Counted from the first letter of the stretch, positions 30,098 through 39,673 are shown. The stretch is 53,143 nucleotides of DNA from a virus (IMGVR_UViG_3300039412_000400:1-53143); one strand, 5' to 3'. Numbers and translations: made by a program. Notes: generated by a model not told the origin, from the letters alone.

Positions 30098-33000
30098 ATG
30101 ACTGGGTTTATAAAACAAGGAGAGGCGCTAGAAATTAAGTTAGAAGATACTGCCTCTTGTATTCCAGAAGTCAGCGAAGAGATTTTGGAAGTCTTTAGAA
30201 AGACCGCTGCCGAACTTAAAAAAATCGCCCCAAAGGCTGATGATTTTTTGTATTTTAGTGCAACCATTATTCATGCTGCCGAAGCTTCTGCGCTTAATGA
30301 TGACGGAACACCTAAACTAAATCTTAAAGGTGAGGCCGTTAAGGTTGGTTGGGATACAAGCAATGATACCTGGAAATGGGTAACAAACGATCCGAATATT
30401 AAGCCATATAAGAACTCAAATGGCGATATTTTTCCAGAAGCAGAGCTAAAAAAAGCATATAAAAAGTGGCAACACAAACCGCTCTGCGTTGATCACAAAT
30501 CAAGCTCCGTAGATCATACGAGAGGATTTATTGTTGATACATATTACGACCGTAATCTAAAGAGAGTCGTTGCATTATGCGCATTAGATAAGGCCAACTA
30601 TCCAGAGCTTGCACGAAAGATTTCAACCAAGATGCAAACTGCAGTTTCAATGGGAACAGCAGTTGGCAGAGCCATTTGTTCAGATTGTGGCAGAGTCGCT
30701 CGCATAGAGTCCGACTTTTGCAAGCATATGAAGGACAAAACATGCTATGGTGAAATTAATATTGATCTAAATCCTATTGAGTTATCTATTGTAGTAACTG
30801 GAGCAGATCCAAAAGCACATATTAAACAAATTATTGCCGCAGCCAATACTATGAATACCTATTTAGAGAATAGGGCTAATGAATTAAAGAAATTAGCAGA
30901 ATATTCGGCAACTATTATAAAGAGTAATGGCGAACCGGGAAGCACGGTTAGACAGCAACAGTCTGTTGATGTGCATGGCAGCGATATTGAGGCTTTTAAG
31001 CAAGAAATTGATAGGGCACTTAAAGATTTAGATGAATTGAACGAAAATATTACAGAAAATACTAATAGTTCTGCATCTAATCAATCGTCGGGTTCGATTG
31101 CCCAGGATGAAGACGTGCCAGTTAGTGAAAATCCGGCCCTTCAACCGCCACCCGCAAGGCTTGCATCTGCTGACAATATACGTGAAGAGTCCGTATCTGA
31201 CTTTTATAAGGTCGCATCAGAAATTGAATCAAAACTAACTCAAATGAAAATAAGTTTGGATAAGTTATCACAAAATCTTTCTATTAAAACACAAGAGGAA
31301 AATATGTCTGGAACAGAAATCAAAAAAGAAGGTTACTATCAGGGCGCCGGTGGCGTAAACGAACCAACCCCAGGTCAAGTTAAGTACCCAAAGGATGGGC
31401 TTAACGAACAACTTCGTGAGAAGGAAGATAAACACATGACAGGCCAACCTCCTTTCCCAGAGGTAGGATCTGTTGATGGTATGCATCCATCTCCCGCATC
31501 AGTCGATCCGTCTGATGAATTGCAGCGCAAAAAGATGCTCGCTCGTGCGGAGTTAGAAGACCGTCAAATAAAGCGTGAAGCAATTGTGCAAACTGCCAAG
31601 GAAGCATTAGGCTACTGGAATGGTGGCGGTGGCGTTAATGAGCCAACCCCAGGCAAACCAAAGTATCCCAAGGATAAACTCAATGAGCAGCTTCGTGAAG
31701 ACGAAGATAAACAAATGGTTGGGCAGCCCCCATTCCCGGGTGTTGGCGCAGTCGATGGTTTGCATCCATCACCAGCATCTGCTGATATCAAGGATGAACT
31801 AAAACGTAAGGAAATGCTCGCTCGCGCTTCTCTAAAGGCACGTTTTAGCAAGGTAGCAAATAGTGATGGTAGCCTTAATAAGGCAGCTAGCGCATGGAAC
31901 GTTTATCTTGGCGACAAGCTTATTCTAACTGCATCCGTTTCCGATCTATGCAGCGGTAATGTTAATGATGTTCTTTATGACAGCATTGCCACCAAGCCTT
32001 TTGGTATTCAGCTAATCGAAAAGATTAAGGCTAATGGTGTAGATGCCGTTTCCAAGCTAATTAAGAAAGCACAGCCAATGCCTCCTCCAGGCGGTGATGC
32101 TCCTCCTCCAGTCGGTCCAGATATGGGCGCTCCTCCTCCAGGCGGTCCAGATATGGGCGCTCCTCCTCCAGAAGCTGGGCCTCCAGTTCCAGATACAGGA
32201 AAGACTGGCGATCCAAAGCAGACTGCTCTTAAGATGGCAGAAGACATGGTTTCCATGGCATCAGATTTACTCGAAGCTATTCGCGCACTAACTGGCGAAA
32301 AGGCAGAGATGGGCGAAGAAGGGCCAGAGGGCACCTCGGCTCCAGAAGGCATGTCTGCAAAGAGTGCGTCTGATAAGTTTAGTGCAAATACCCTATATTC
32401 CTTGAGAAAGGAACTTAATGGTGCGCTAACTCAAGCCATGAAGGAATCTCTTGCAGAGATTGACAATAGTCGTAAAGAATTAGAAATGATTGCCGGAATG
32501 TATGATGAAGGTTCTATCAATGATAGCAACTCAGACCTTACAGACTCGCTCATTCAAGATTCAATTAATGAAGCAAAGACTGCTATGGCAGACGGATTTA
32601 AGCTTATGACTGCTTTTGTTAAATATGCTCGCGGTACCAAGGCCATTATCAAGCGTGCAGAAGTTGAAGCAGGACTTCAATCACTTGCGGCCGAAGGAGA
32701 ACCCGAAATGAACGATGATGATACCAACCTCGCAGATCTACTCGATCAGAATAACGCAGATATTGATGAACTTGCCGGTCTATTAGCAGACGACGGTGAA
32801 GCAAAAGATAAAGATATAGGCGATCCACTACTCGAAGAGCTACTTTCAAGTGAGCTTTTAGCTGATGACGCCAATGATCTACAGGTTGATCCTGCAGGAT
32901 TAGATAAGCTACAAAAGGATCCAAATGCAAAGATAACTGTTGCATCTTACGATTCAAGACTTGGACGTCAGGCTCTTAGAGCAAAGCTTGCTGCTGATGC

Positions 33001-33706
33001 AACAGGCAAAGAGGAAGACGGAGAGATTCATGACATGTCAAGTCAGAAGTTTAGCGATATGCTTGATCAGGCTGATAAACTCACAAACGGACAGACCAAG
33101 CTTGATGTAAAGCCATCTGATAATCTTGGCTATGTTGAAACGCTTCCAGAAGTTAATGATGCTATGATGGATCTTGCAAAGGCTCCACCAAGTGTTAGAA
33201 AAGATGCAGCTGCTCTTAATCAGCTCATCAAGGAAGGTAAAGTTGATCCAGCAGACTTTGATGATCTAATTGCTCAGGGTCTTGATAAGGAAGCAGTTTC
33301 TTACTGGAAGAAATATTACGGTGAAGTTGAAGGCGGAAGCGAATTCGCCAGTGAACTTGTCAAGGAACATGTTAAGGCCGCTATGGCAGAGGAACTCAAT
33401 AAGTTTAAGGTTAAGCTAGCCCGCGCCTATGAGACCGCCTATGATATGGCAGACCGTGGTATGTGCAAGAGTGATAGAAACACTATCTCGACACAGGTTG
33501 ATGAAATCATGAAGTTTAGTGATGAAAACTTTGAGTCTCTCAAGAGAATCATTGCAAATCATGAACCAATCATGCGCAAAGAAGCAAATCGTATTCCACA
33601 AGTTGGATACAGAAGCGACAGTGAAATGACGGTAACGGCAGCAGTCGAGAGTGATGAGTTCTCAAAACTATCATCTGCCTTCGGAACCAAAAAGGGTTTG
33701 TTCTAA
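30098..33706 (+). CDS. Prohead maturation protease fused to a scaffold/core region
   Basis: N-terminal NSNGDIF...EL...PLCVDH...RGFIVD...VSMGT...ELSIV..GADP.A (HK97/herpes-fold phage proteases), followed by ~900 aa of acidic, coiled-coil, Pro-rich sequence. Confidence 0.75.
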   Translation: MTGFIKQGEALEIKLEDTASCIPEVSEEILEVFRKTAAELKKIAPKADDFLYFSATIIHAAEASALNDDGTPKLNLKGEAVKVGWDTSNDTWKWVTNDPNIKPYKNSNGDIFPEAELKKAYKKWQHKPLCVDHKSSSVDHTRGFIVDTYYDRNLKRVVALCALDKANYPELARKISTKMQTAVSMGTAVGRAICSDCGRVARIESDFCKHMKDKTCYGEINIDLNPIELSIVVTGADPKAHIKQIIAAANTMNTYLENRANELKKLAEYSATIIKSNGEPGSTVRQQQSVDVHGSDIEAFKQEIDRALKDLDELNENITENTNSSASNQSSGSIAQDEDVPVSENPALQPPPARLASADNIREESVSDFYKVASEIESKLTQMKISLDKLSQNLSIKTQEENMSGTEIKKEGYYQGAGGVNEPTPGQVKYPKDGLNEQLREKEDKHMTGQPPFPEVGSVDGMHPSPASVDPSDELQRKKMLARAELEDRQIKREAIVQTAKEALGYWNGGGGVNEPTPGKPKYPKDKLNEQLREDEDKQMVGQPPFPGVGAVDGLHPSPASADIKDELKRKEMLARASLKARFSKVANSDGSLNKAASAWNVYLGDKLILTASVSDLCSGNVNDVLYDSIATKPFGIQLIEKIKANGVDAVSKLIKKAQPMPPPGGDAPPPVGPDMGAPPPGGPDMGAPPPEAGPPVPDTGKTGDPKQTALKMAEDMVSMASDLLEAIRALTGEKAEMGEEGPEGTSAPEGMSAKSASDKFSANTLYSLRKELNGALTQAMKESLAEIDNSRKELEMIAGMYDEGSINDSNSDLTDSLIQDSINEAKTAMADGFKLMTAFVKYARGTKAIIKRAEVEAGLQSLAAEGEPEMNDDDTNLADLLDQNNADIDELAGLLADDGEAKDKDIGDPLLEELLSSELLADDANDLQVDPAGLDKLQKDPNAKITVASYDSRLGRQALRAKLAADATGKEEDGEIHDMSSQKFSDMLDQADKLTNGQTKLDVKPSDNLGYVETLPEVNDAMMDLAKAPPSVRKDAAALNQLIKEGKVDPADFDDLIAQGLDKEAVSYWKKYYGEVEGGSEFASELVKEHVKAAMAEELNKFKVKLARAYETAYDMADRGMCKSDRNTISTQVDEIMKFSDENFESLKRIIANHEPIMRKEANRIPQVGYRSDSEMTVTAAVESDEFSKLSSAFGTKKGLF
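31334..31828 (+). repeat. Two ~72-aa internal repeats, 279 nt apart, in the scaffold region
   Basis: YYQGAGGVNEPTPG...GQPPFP.VG.VDG.HPSPAS.D..DEL.RK.MLARA occurs at 31334 and 31613. Confidence 0.9.
32099..32171 (+). repeat. 30-nt tandem repeat (APPP[VG]GPDMG), about 2.4 copies
   Basis: gctcctcctccag[t/g]cggtccagatatgggc is repeated. Confidence 0.9.
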
Positions 33707-33722
33707 AATAACTTAATGGCTT

Positions 33723-33754
33723 GAAATCCTCCAGACAGTGCTCTGGAGGATTTC
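33723..33754. promoter_or_regulatory. Perfect 13-bp intergenic hairpin without a U-tract
   Basis: GAAATCCTCCAGA-cagtgc-TCTGGAGGATTTC directly after the protease-scaffold stop. Confidence 0.7.
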
Positions 33755-33797
33755 TGCCATATAATCAACTTCAATAATCACCACAAGGACTATAATT

Positions 33798-34493
33798 ATG
33801 AAAACAGACAGCGTAGCAGATTTTGTCGCCAACACAATGGACGAAATTCTAAAGAGTGCAGAACATAAGGCCATTTTTGGAACCCAATATAAGTTCGCAG
33901 AAGACGAGAATGATGCAAAGTGCCCAAAGTGCAGTTGTGCCAAGAAAGATTGCACATGTGCCGATGATAATGATGCAAAAGCAACATCAGATGGCGCAAG
34001 CGATTGCTCAATGGTCGATGATAATGATGCAAAGAAAAAGAAGGAATCAACCGATGGTTCAAGCGATTGTTCAATGGCAGAAGATGATAATGATGCCGTA
34101 AGCGAAGGAACAAAAGTTTCATCAGCATTTGATATCGCAATTGATAGTCTTTTAACGGCATCTGCTGCTATGGACTCTCTTGGATTCGATAATGGCTCAA
34201 CCGTTATTCTAAAGGTTGCCTCTTTTGTTGTTGATGCAAAGAAAAAAGAAGTAAAGAAAGCTCCAAAGTCCAAGTCCTCAAAGAGCGACTCCTCAAAGTC
34301 CTCAAAGACTGATTCTAATGCCGCAAAAGATAAGGCCGCAAAAGAAAAGGAAAAGGCCGCAAAGGAAAAGGCTAAGGAAAAGGCCGCAAAAGATGCACAG
34401 GCAGCAAAAGATAAGTTAGCCAAGGAAAAAGCTAAGGAAAAAGAAAAGGCTGCAAAAGAAAAGGCCAGCAAATCATCGTCCTCAAAGAAATAA
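33798..34493 (+). CDS. Protein with DDNDA repeats and a Lys/Ala-rich histone-H1-like C-terminal tail
   Basis: AAGGA SD; four xD[DE]NDA units, a Cys cluster CPKCSC...CTC, and a tail of AAKEK/AKDK repeats. Confidence 0.75.
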   Translation: MKTDSVADFVANTMDEILKSAEHKAIFGTQYKFAEDENDAKCPKCSCAKKDCTCADDNDAKATSDGASDCSMVDDNDAKKKKESTDGSSDCSMAEDDNDAVSEGTKVSSAFDIAIDSLLTASAAMDSLGFDNGSTVILKVASFVVDAKKKEVKKAPKSKSSKSDSSKSSKTDSNAAKDKAAKEKEKAAKEKAKEKAAKDAQAAKDKLAKEKAKEKEKAAKEKASKSSSSKK

Positions 34494-34504
34494 AGGATTA
34501 TCAC

Positions 34505-34918
34505 ATGTTTAAGGTCGGCAGTTGCGAAGAAGATCTATTTAGCTCCATGCAAAAAATCCTGGTTAAAAATCAGGAAGAAGCAAATAATTATGGTATCAAT
34601 AAGCTAGCAAAAGCTGCCGACCTATTAAACGAAGCTGCATCAATTTTTGATAAAGCTGGGATGTATGATAAAGCCGATGAAGTAACAGAGATTATACTAA
34701 GTTTAGCACAAGACGAAGAAGTAAATGAAGATGATGATGAAGATGCGGCAAATACTGCACCTCCAATACAACCAATTACTCCAAATACGACACAAATACC
34801 GGCTCCCAAAAAACCGCAACAGCATCCGACACAAAAGCCGCATCATCATGGACGAAAACATTCGGTAGGCCCATGGCAGCCACCACCAGAAGGTCATCAC
34901 AATAAGGGCGGGAGCTAA
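34505..34918 (+). CDS. Small hypothetical protein, paralog of 34920-35282
   Basis: L.KAA..L..A..IF.KAGM...AD.V core is shared with the next gene. Confidence 0.75.
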   Translation: MFKVGSCEEDLFSSMQKILVKNQEEANNYGINKLAKAADLLNEAASIFDKAGMYDKADEVTEIILSLAQDEEVNEDDDEDAANTAPPIQPITPNTTQIPAPKKPQQHPTQKPHHHGRKHSVGPWQPPPEGHHNKGGS

Positions 34919-34919
34919 A

Positions 34920-35282
34920 ATGAAGTATGAAAATTACGAGAATGATTTAATAATTGGGATGCAGCGCGGACTAACCAAGCTAGCTTTCGATGAGCAACCG
35001 AATTTAGTAAAAGCAGGAGAATGCCTGCATGCCGCATTGGAGATTTTTGAGAGAGCCGGAATGACGAAGCAGGCTGATGCAGTTCTACAATTAATGCAGA
35101 AAATTGCAGAAGATCAAAATGATGCCACAAAGAAACAAGTTAGCAAAGCTCCAAATACAAAACAACAAATTAAAAATCTAAAAGAGTTTGGCACACCATG
35201 TAATATGCATGCCGATGATTTAGAGTTGGCCGATGATGAATTATTTGTATTTGATGACGCAGAAGGTTTTGAGAACGAATAA
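34920..35282 (+). CDS. Small hypothetical protein, paralog of 34505-34918
   Basis: NLVKAGECLHAALEIFERAGMTKQADAV; GGAG SD. Confidence 0.75.
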   Translation: MKYENYENDLIIGMQRGLTKLAFDEQPNLVKAGECLHAALEIFERAGMTKQADAVLQLMQKIAEDQNDATKKQVSKAPNTKQQIKNLKEFGTPCNMHADDLELADDELFVFDDAEGFENE

Positions 35283-35304
35283 ATAATAGTCAATAATTAA
35301 TTAG

Positions 35305-35345
35305 AGAGCCAAGCTGCCCATCCTATTCGGTTGCTTGGCTTTTTT
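35305..35345 (+). terminator. Intrinsic terminator overlapping the 3' end of the convergent LAGLIDADG gene
   Basis: AGAGCCAAGC...GCTTGGCTTT stem followed by a T run. Confidence 0.75.
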
Positions 35346-36165
35346 GTTTCTGATATTCTATGAACTCTTGATATTTTTCGTATTTTCGTGGGAGATAAAT
35401 GGTTGCGTCTTTGTATAGCCAATCAAGAACTTGACGAACTTGTAAGTTCCCGCCAACAGATAAAGAGGTTGTTATTTGATTTGTTTTTGGTTTGCATAAT
35501 GATTTAGAACAGGTAATATTAAGTTCATCTTTTAATAGTTTTGAAGTCTCATTACAAAATTGTTTAGTAGATACGATTTTCCATATTGTATTAATCGTCT
35601 TTTTTTTCTTAAACTGGTTTTTATAAATTGTTCCATCACCATCACTATATCCTCTAAGAAAATGTCTGATAAACTCTTTGGGAACAGTTATGGGGAACTC
35701 TAAAATTAGCGATTTATTTGGAACGCATCCATGTGAAACGAGTTGTTCACATATCTCTTTTTGATTAATTCTAAAATAAGAATATGTATTACTAGATTTT
35801 TTATTTCGTGTTATTTTTATTGGAGATGACGGAGACATAATATCTCGAAAGTTTTCTATAATATATTGATCATTAGATTTTAGTTTAAGCGTCATACAAT
35901 AGTTATTATTATTAGTTTGTACATTACCATCAGCATACAACAATCCAAGAAAATATGCGCTATTCTCGCTATTGATCTCTTGAAAAAACTGAATATTTAT
36001 GTCTGTATAAACAATTTTTTTACCAACTCTTGTTGTAATATTTTTGCGTCGTAAAACCGCACTTACACCAGTTTGTGTACAACCAATTAGTATAGCAATT
36101 TCTTTTTGAGTTTTTCCAGTATTGTATAAGTCAATCATTTCTTGCATTTTTTGCTCTGAAAACAT
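35323..36165 (-). CDS. LAGLIDADG homing endonuclease with N-terminal HTH
   Basis: AYFLGLLYADG and RHFLRGYSDGDG motifs; GGAG SD before ATG 36165. Confidence 0.88.
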   Translation of the reverse strand: MFSEQKMQEMIDLYNTGKTQKEIAILIGCTQTGVSAVLRRKNITTRVGKKIVYTDINIQFFQEINSENSAYFLGLLYADGNVQTNNNNYCMTLKLKSNDQYIIENFRDIMSPSSPIKITRNKKSSNTYSYFRINQKEICEQLVSHGCVPNKSLILEFPITVPKEFIRHFLRGYSDGDGTIYKNQFKKKKTINTIWKIVSTKQFCNETSKLLKDELNITCSKSLCKPKTNQITTSLSVGGNLQVRQVLDWLYKDATIYLPRKYEKYQEFIEYQKQKSQATE

Positions 36166-36268
36166 AATTTCACTCCATAAAATGATATATAACAATGAGA
36201 TACTAATTTTTGCTACGCATTGTACAAAAATAAATTATGAGGCGTTGGAGATACGACAATGGACTACG

Positions 36269-36958
36269 ATTCTTAGATTAGTGCAGGTGGGCAACACATT
36301 GCCGGTAAGTTTCATACGCGATCCGAGTGCGGAATTTCAGCCCGGCCAATGTGCTGAGCTTGCCGTTATTGGTAACCAAGTTATGGCTACCGTAAGTAAT
36401 GGAACTGCTCCAATTGGTATTATTGACGATATTAGGACAAAAGCATTTACAAATATTATATGGAATGAATGTGTTGCGGTTAGTGTTCCAACTCCTCAAA
36501 TGTATAATGGCGTTTGGATTACTCCATATGATGTTAAGGCAGAACTTGTCAGACCAAATATTATTCCTTCAAGCTTTGCATCAACAGTCACTGTAGCACT
36601 TAATCCAGTCAATGGCGTTATTACATTCCCAGCAGGGACGCCTCTTAATATCGATCTTACAGGACAAAATACACCAAATGGCATTAGAGCTTTCGTAAAT
36701 TATACATATGCAGTTGCAAACATCCCCGGCGATGATAGCACACAAGGCTCTGGTCGTATGACAGTATGGTTTGAGCGTATGTTTTTCCAGACAGATCAAT
36801 ATGAAACCAATCAGATTTATCCAGTTCGCGCGAATGTGTATGTAAGTGAAGTTGGACTTCTAACAACAAGACGCCCAAGTAACATACATCCTGCTGTTGG
36901 AACTGTAACAGCACCTCCGTCTAGCCTACATAGCATGTTGGAAGTTATGTGGTATTAA
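36269..36958 (+). CDS. Probable virion structural protein; start codon uncertain (ATT 36269 or GTG 36281)
   Basis: Beta-rich Gly/Pro/Thr sequence (FQPGQ, APIGIIDD, GDDSTQGSGRMTVW). The upstream ORF-track extension overlaps the antisense endonuclease gene and looks non-coding. Confidence 0.7.
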   Translation: MLRLVQVGNTLPVSFIRDPSAEFQPGQCAELAVIGNQVMATVSNGTAPIGIIDDIRTKAFTNIIWNECVAVSVPTPQMYNGVWITPYDVKAELVRPNIIPSSFASTVTVALNPVNGVITFPAGTPLNIDLTGQNTPNGIRAFVNYTYAVANIPGDDSTQGSGRMTVWFERMFFQTDQYETNQIYPVRANVYVSEVGLLTTRRPSNIHPAVGTVTAPPSSLHSMLEVMWY

Positions 36959-37018
36959 TTTCAGAAAACATGTAAAAATAAGCTAAACTCGTGTTATATA
37001 GTGTGTTGGAGAAGCAAA

Positions 37019-37834
37019 ATGTCACAAGACACAACACAAAAAATATGGTCGCTTTACAAAATTATTAACCTAATTAATGGAAAAATCTATATAGGACAGA
37101 CTGTACAGCCAGAAAAACGTTGGTATCAACATCGTAGAGACGCTGCTAATCCAAAATATCCTATACATTTTGCTATCAATAAATATGGGGCACACAATTT
37201 TGAGTTTGAAGTCATTGCGTCTTGTAAATCGCAAGATGATGCAAATTGTATGGAAGAAGAGCTTATTAAGCAATATGATAGTTTGGTAAAAAATGGCAAA
37301 GGATACAATATCTCGCTCGGCGGCATGGTAGCTCAAAAATCTGATGAATGGAAACAAGCATTAGAAAAATGGAGATCGTCACTTACTCAAGAAGAAAAGG
37401 ATGCTATAAATAAAAAACGATCTGACGCAACGATCAAACAAATTGAAACACAAGGCCACCCATCACTTGGTAAAAAACGAAATGAAGAACAACTAAAACA
37501 AATGAGTTTAACTCGTCAAGATCATCCGATAGAATATACAGAAGAAATTAGACAGCATATGTCGAAAGCGCATATAGGACTTAAAGACACTGAAGAAACA
37601 AAGAAAAGAAAATCGGAAAGCATCAAAAAATCATGGGAGAAGCGTCATCAAAATATGATAATGTCTGGTGAATTAAAATGTAATGCGCCTGGATGTAATG
37701 TTAGTGGTATAGTCAGTTATTTGATTGTAAATAATATTAGATATTGCTATAAGCATGGTGATCGTCTAAAACGAACTGGATTTTTAGAATTGCAGCAGAA
37801 GAAAACTAAATTAGAGAATAAAGACAATCTATGA
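37019..37834 (+). CDS. GIY-YIG homing endonuclease with NUMOD3-like repeats
   Basis: SLYKI.N.INGKIYIGQT...R...H...E...I...GYN, then TEE.R..MS.AH.G and TEETK.K.SES. Confidence 0.9.
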   Translation: MSQDTTQKIWSLYKIINLINGKIYIGQTVQPEKRWYQHRRDAANPKYPIHFAINKYGAHNFEFEVIASCKSQDDANCMEEELIKQYDSLVKNGKGYNISLGGMVAQKSDEWKQALEKWRSSLTQEEKDAINKKRSDATIKQIETQGHPSLGKKRNEEQLKQMSLTRQDHPIEYTEEIRQHMSKAHIGLKDTEETKKRKSESIKKSWEKRHQNMIMSGELKCNAPGCNVSGIVSYLIVNNIRYCYKHGDRLKRTGFLELQQKKTKLENKDNL

Positions 37835-37882
37835 TATAATATTCCTGTATATAGGGAGGAATATTCATTAAAAGGATGCCAT

Positions 37883-39673
37883 ATGACTTATAAACACACC
37901 AAATTCGACGATTCGCCCGTCATGCGCTCTCTTGAGAAATTAGCCTTGGAAAAGGGCCTTATTAAGCCGCAGCCTGCTATGAAAAAGGAAGCAGAAGCAC
38001 AAAAACCAGTTGATCTTGCGCCAACAGATAATTTGATGCAAAATGTTCTGAAGTTATGTGCTGGTCTTAGGTCTCAAGGATTTGTTAAGGACGCAGAAGA
38101 GCTTGAAGAGAAGTTTTTGGCATATAAACAAGCACAAACTATCTATGATGTTTCTAAAGAGACAGGTGAAGATTTACTTGGCGCAGCCCACCCAAAGGGA
38201 AGTCATAAGATGGAAAATATTGACTCCGATGAGGCGACTGTTGAAGATTTAATTGATAAGCACGATAAAATACTTGAAGTTGTTGATAAAACTCCAAAAG
38301 GAAAACTCTCATCAAAAGAGATTCTTGAAGCTGTAAAGGTAGCTATAGGTGCCCGCCCTTTAGCACTAAGCGGTAAGACAGCATTAGCCGATGCTGAAAG
38401 TGACTTCTTGAATGCTCCAACTCCGGCACCAGCTACACAGGAATCTTCTGTTGGCAAGATTACTGCAGAAATGGTTGGAGCAGTAACTGCACTAGGTTTA
38501 TTGAGAATGGTTTATAAAAGACTTGGAACGCGCCTAACATCTATGCTTGAAAAATCAGGAGTAGAGGTTATTAAAAAACAAGTAGAAAAAGGTACAACTG
38601 AAAAATTAGCGAAAGCATCATTAGACTGGATTTTTAGAAAGCTTGGGGTTGAGTCATTTCAGATTATCAAGAAAGACGCACTTATACAAATAGGAAAGTT
38701 ATTTGGCATTGAAGCAGTTAAAGCCCCAGTATTTACAGCAGAATTGGCATTGCCAGAAGCTGCTACAGAATTGGCAGGAAAAGCAGCCGCAAAAGCTGCA
38801 GCAAAAGCTGCCGCCGAAAGGGCCGCAGCCGGATTAGGAGAAGAGGCTGCTGCCAAACTTATTGGATGGAGATTATTTGGAAAACTAATTCCATTAGTTG
38901 GAGAGATTTGGCTTGGATATGATCTTGGCACTTGGGCAGGAGAAGAGCTGTTTAAACATTATTTGAGGCCAGATCAAATAAAAGATGCCGGCGATAAACT
39001 TACTGAAAAAGGTGAATATTTTAGAACAGCATCAGTTTATAATGATCCGTTGGGAGAGCAAGGAAGTTTATATTTGGATAATTTCAAGAAAGAATTTGCC
39101 AAAGTAATGGAAAATTATTCAGCAATTGAGCTAATACAAAAAGAACATTCCAATGAATCTGTATTAAAATTAAAAGCACTAGATGATGCATTAATAGAAT
39201 CTGGTAGATGGGCCAGTGAATTATGGCGCTTTGCAGATAGCAGAATGGATCAAAAAACATTCAGTTTTAGATGGTCTCCACTTGTTAATTATCAAGACCT
39301 ATCAGTTTTGAGTAATAATTATGTTGTAATTTCTAATAAACATCATAGTGCAATTGCAAAATTTGTTGATGACGCCAATAGCGCAATTCAGCAAGAATTA
39401 AAAAAGCAAAGTGGCGGAACAACATTAATAACAGATTACCAAAATACATTAAACTTTATTTCTAAATATAAAAATCTAATTGAGCACACTGATCGTAAAG
39501 ATAAAACAGAACTAATTAAATGGTTAGATAATATGGACGCGTATGTTAAAGAGCAACAGACAGATTTTAGTGGCGTGCAGGTAGAAAATAGACCACAGCT
39601 TGCGCCACAATATGTAAATAGATTAAAGAGCGTAAAAAACGATCTTATGTTGCTAACAAAAGCGAGACTATAA
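37883..39673 (+). CDS. Large hypothetical protein with hydrophobic/Ala-rich segments (candidate internal or ejection protein)
   Basis: AAGGA SD; several KxA motifs; hydrophobic Gly-rich helices. Confidence 0.7.
   Translation: MTYKHTKFDDSPVMRSLEKLALEKGLIKPQPAMKKEAEAQKPVDLAPTDNLMQNVLKLCAGLRSQGFVKDAEELEEKFLAYKQAQTIYDVSKETGEDLLGAAHPKGSHKMENIDSDEATVEDLIDKHDKILEVVDKTPKGKLSSKEILEAVKVAIGARPLALSGKTALADAESDFLNAPTPAPATQESSVGKITAEMVGAVTALGLLRMVYKRLGTRLTSMLEKSGVEVIKKQVEKGTTEKLAKASLDWIFRKLGVESFQIIKKDALIQIGKLFGIEAVKAPVFTAELALPEAATELAGKAAAKAAAKAAAERAAAGLGEEAAAKLIGWRLFGKLIPLVGEIWLGYDLGTWAGEELFKHYLRPDQIKDAGDKLTEKGEYFRTASVYNDPLGEQGSLYLDNFKKEFAKVMENYSAIELIQKEHSNESVLKLKALDDALIESGRWASELWRFADSRMDQKTFSFRWSPLVNYQDLSVLSNNYVVISNKHHSAIAKFVDDANSAIQQELKKQSGGTTLITDYQNTLNFISKYKNLIEHTDRKDKTELIKWLDNMDAYVKEQQTDFSGVQVENRPQLAPQYVNRLKSVKNDLMLLTKARL

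Noticed and set aside
33713-34504. 263-aa minus-strand ORF
   Set aside because: It is the antisense shadow of the Lys/Ala-repeat gene and has no independent features.
36122-36268. N-terminal extension of the 36122-36958 ORF
   Set aside because: It overlaps the start and promoter of the antisense LAGLIDADG gene and reads as non-coding.
35283-37882. Group I intron around the LAGLIDADG/GIY-YIG genes
   Set aside because: Flanking genes appear complete, one nuclease is antisense, and I could not identify intron core elements by eye. An Infernal search would settle it.
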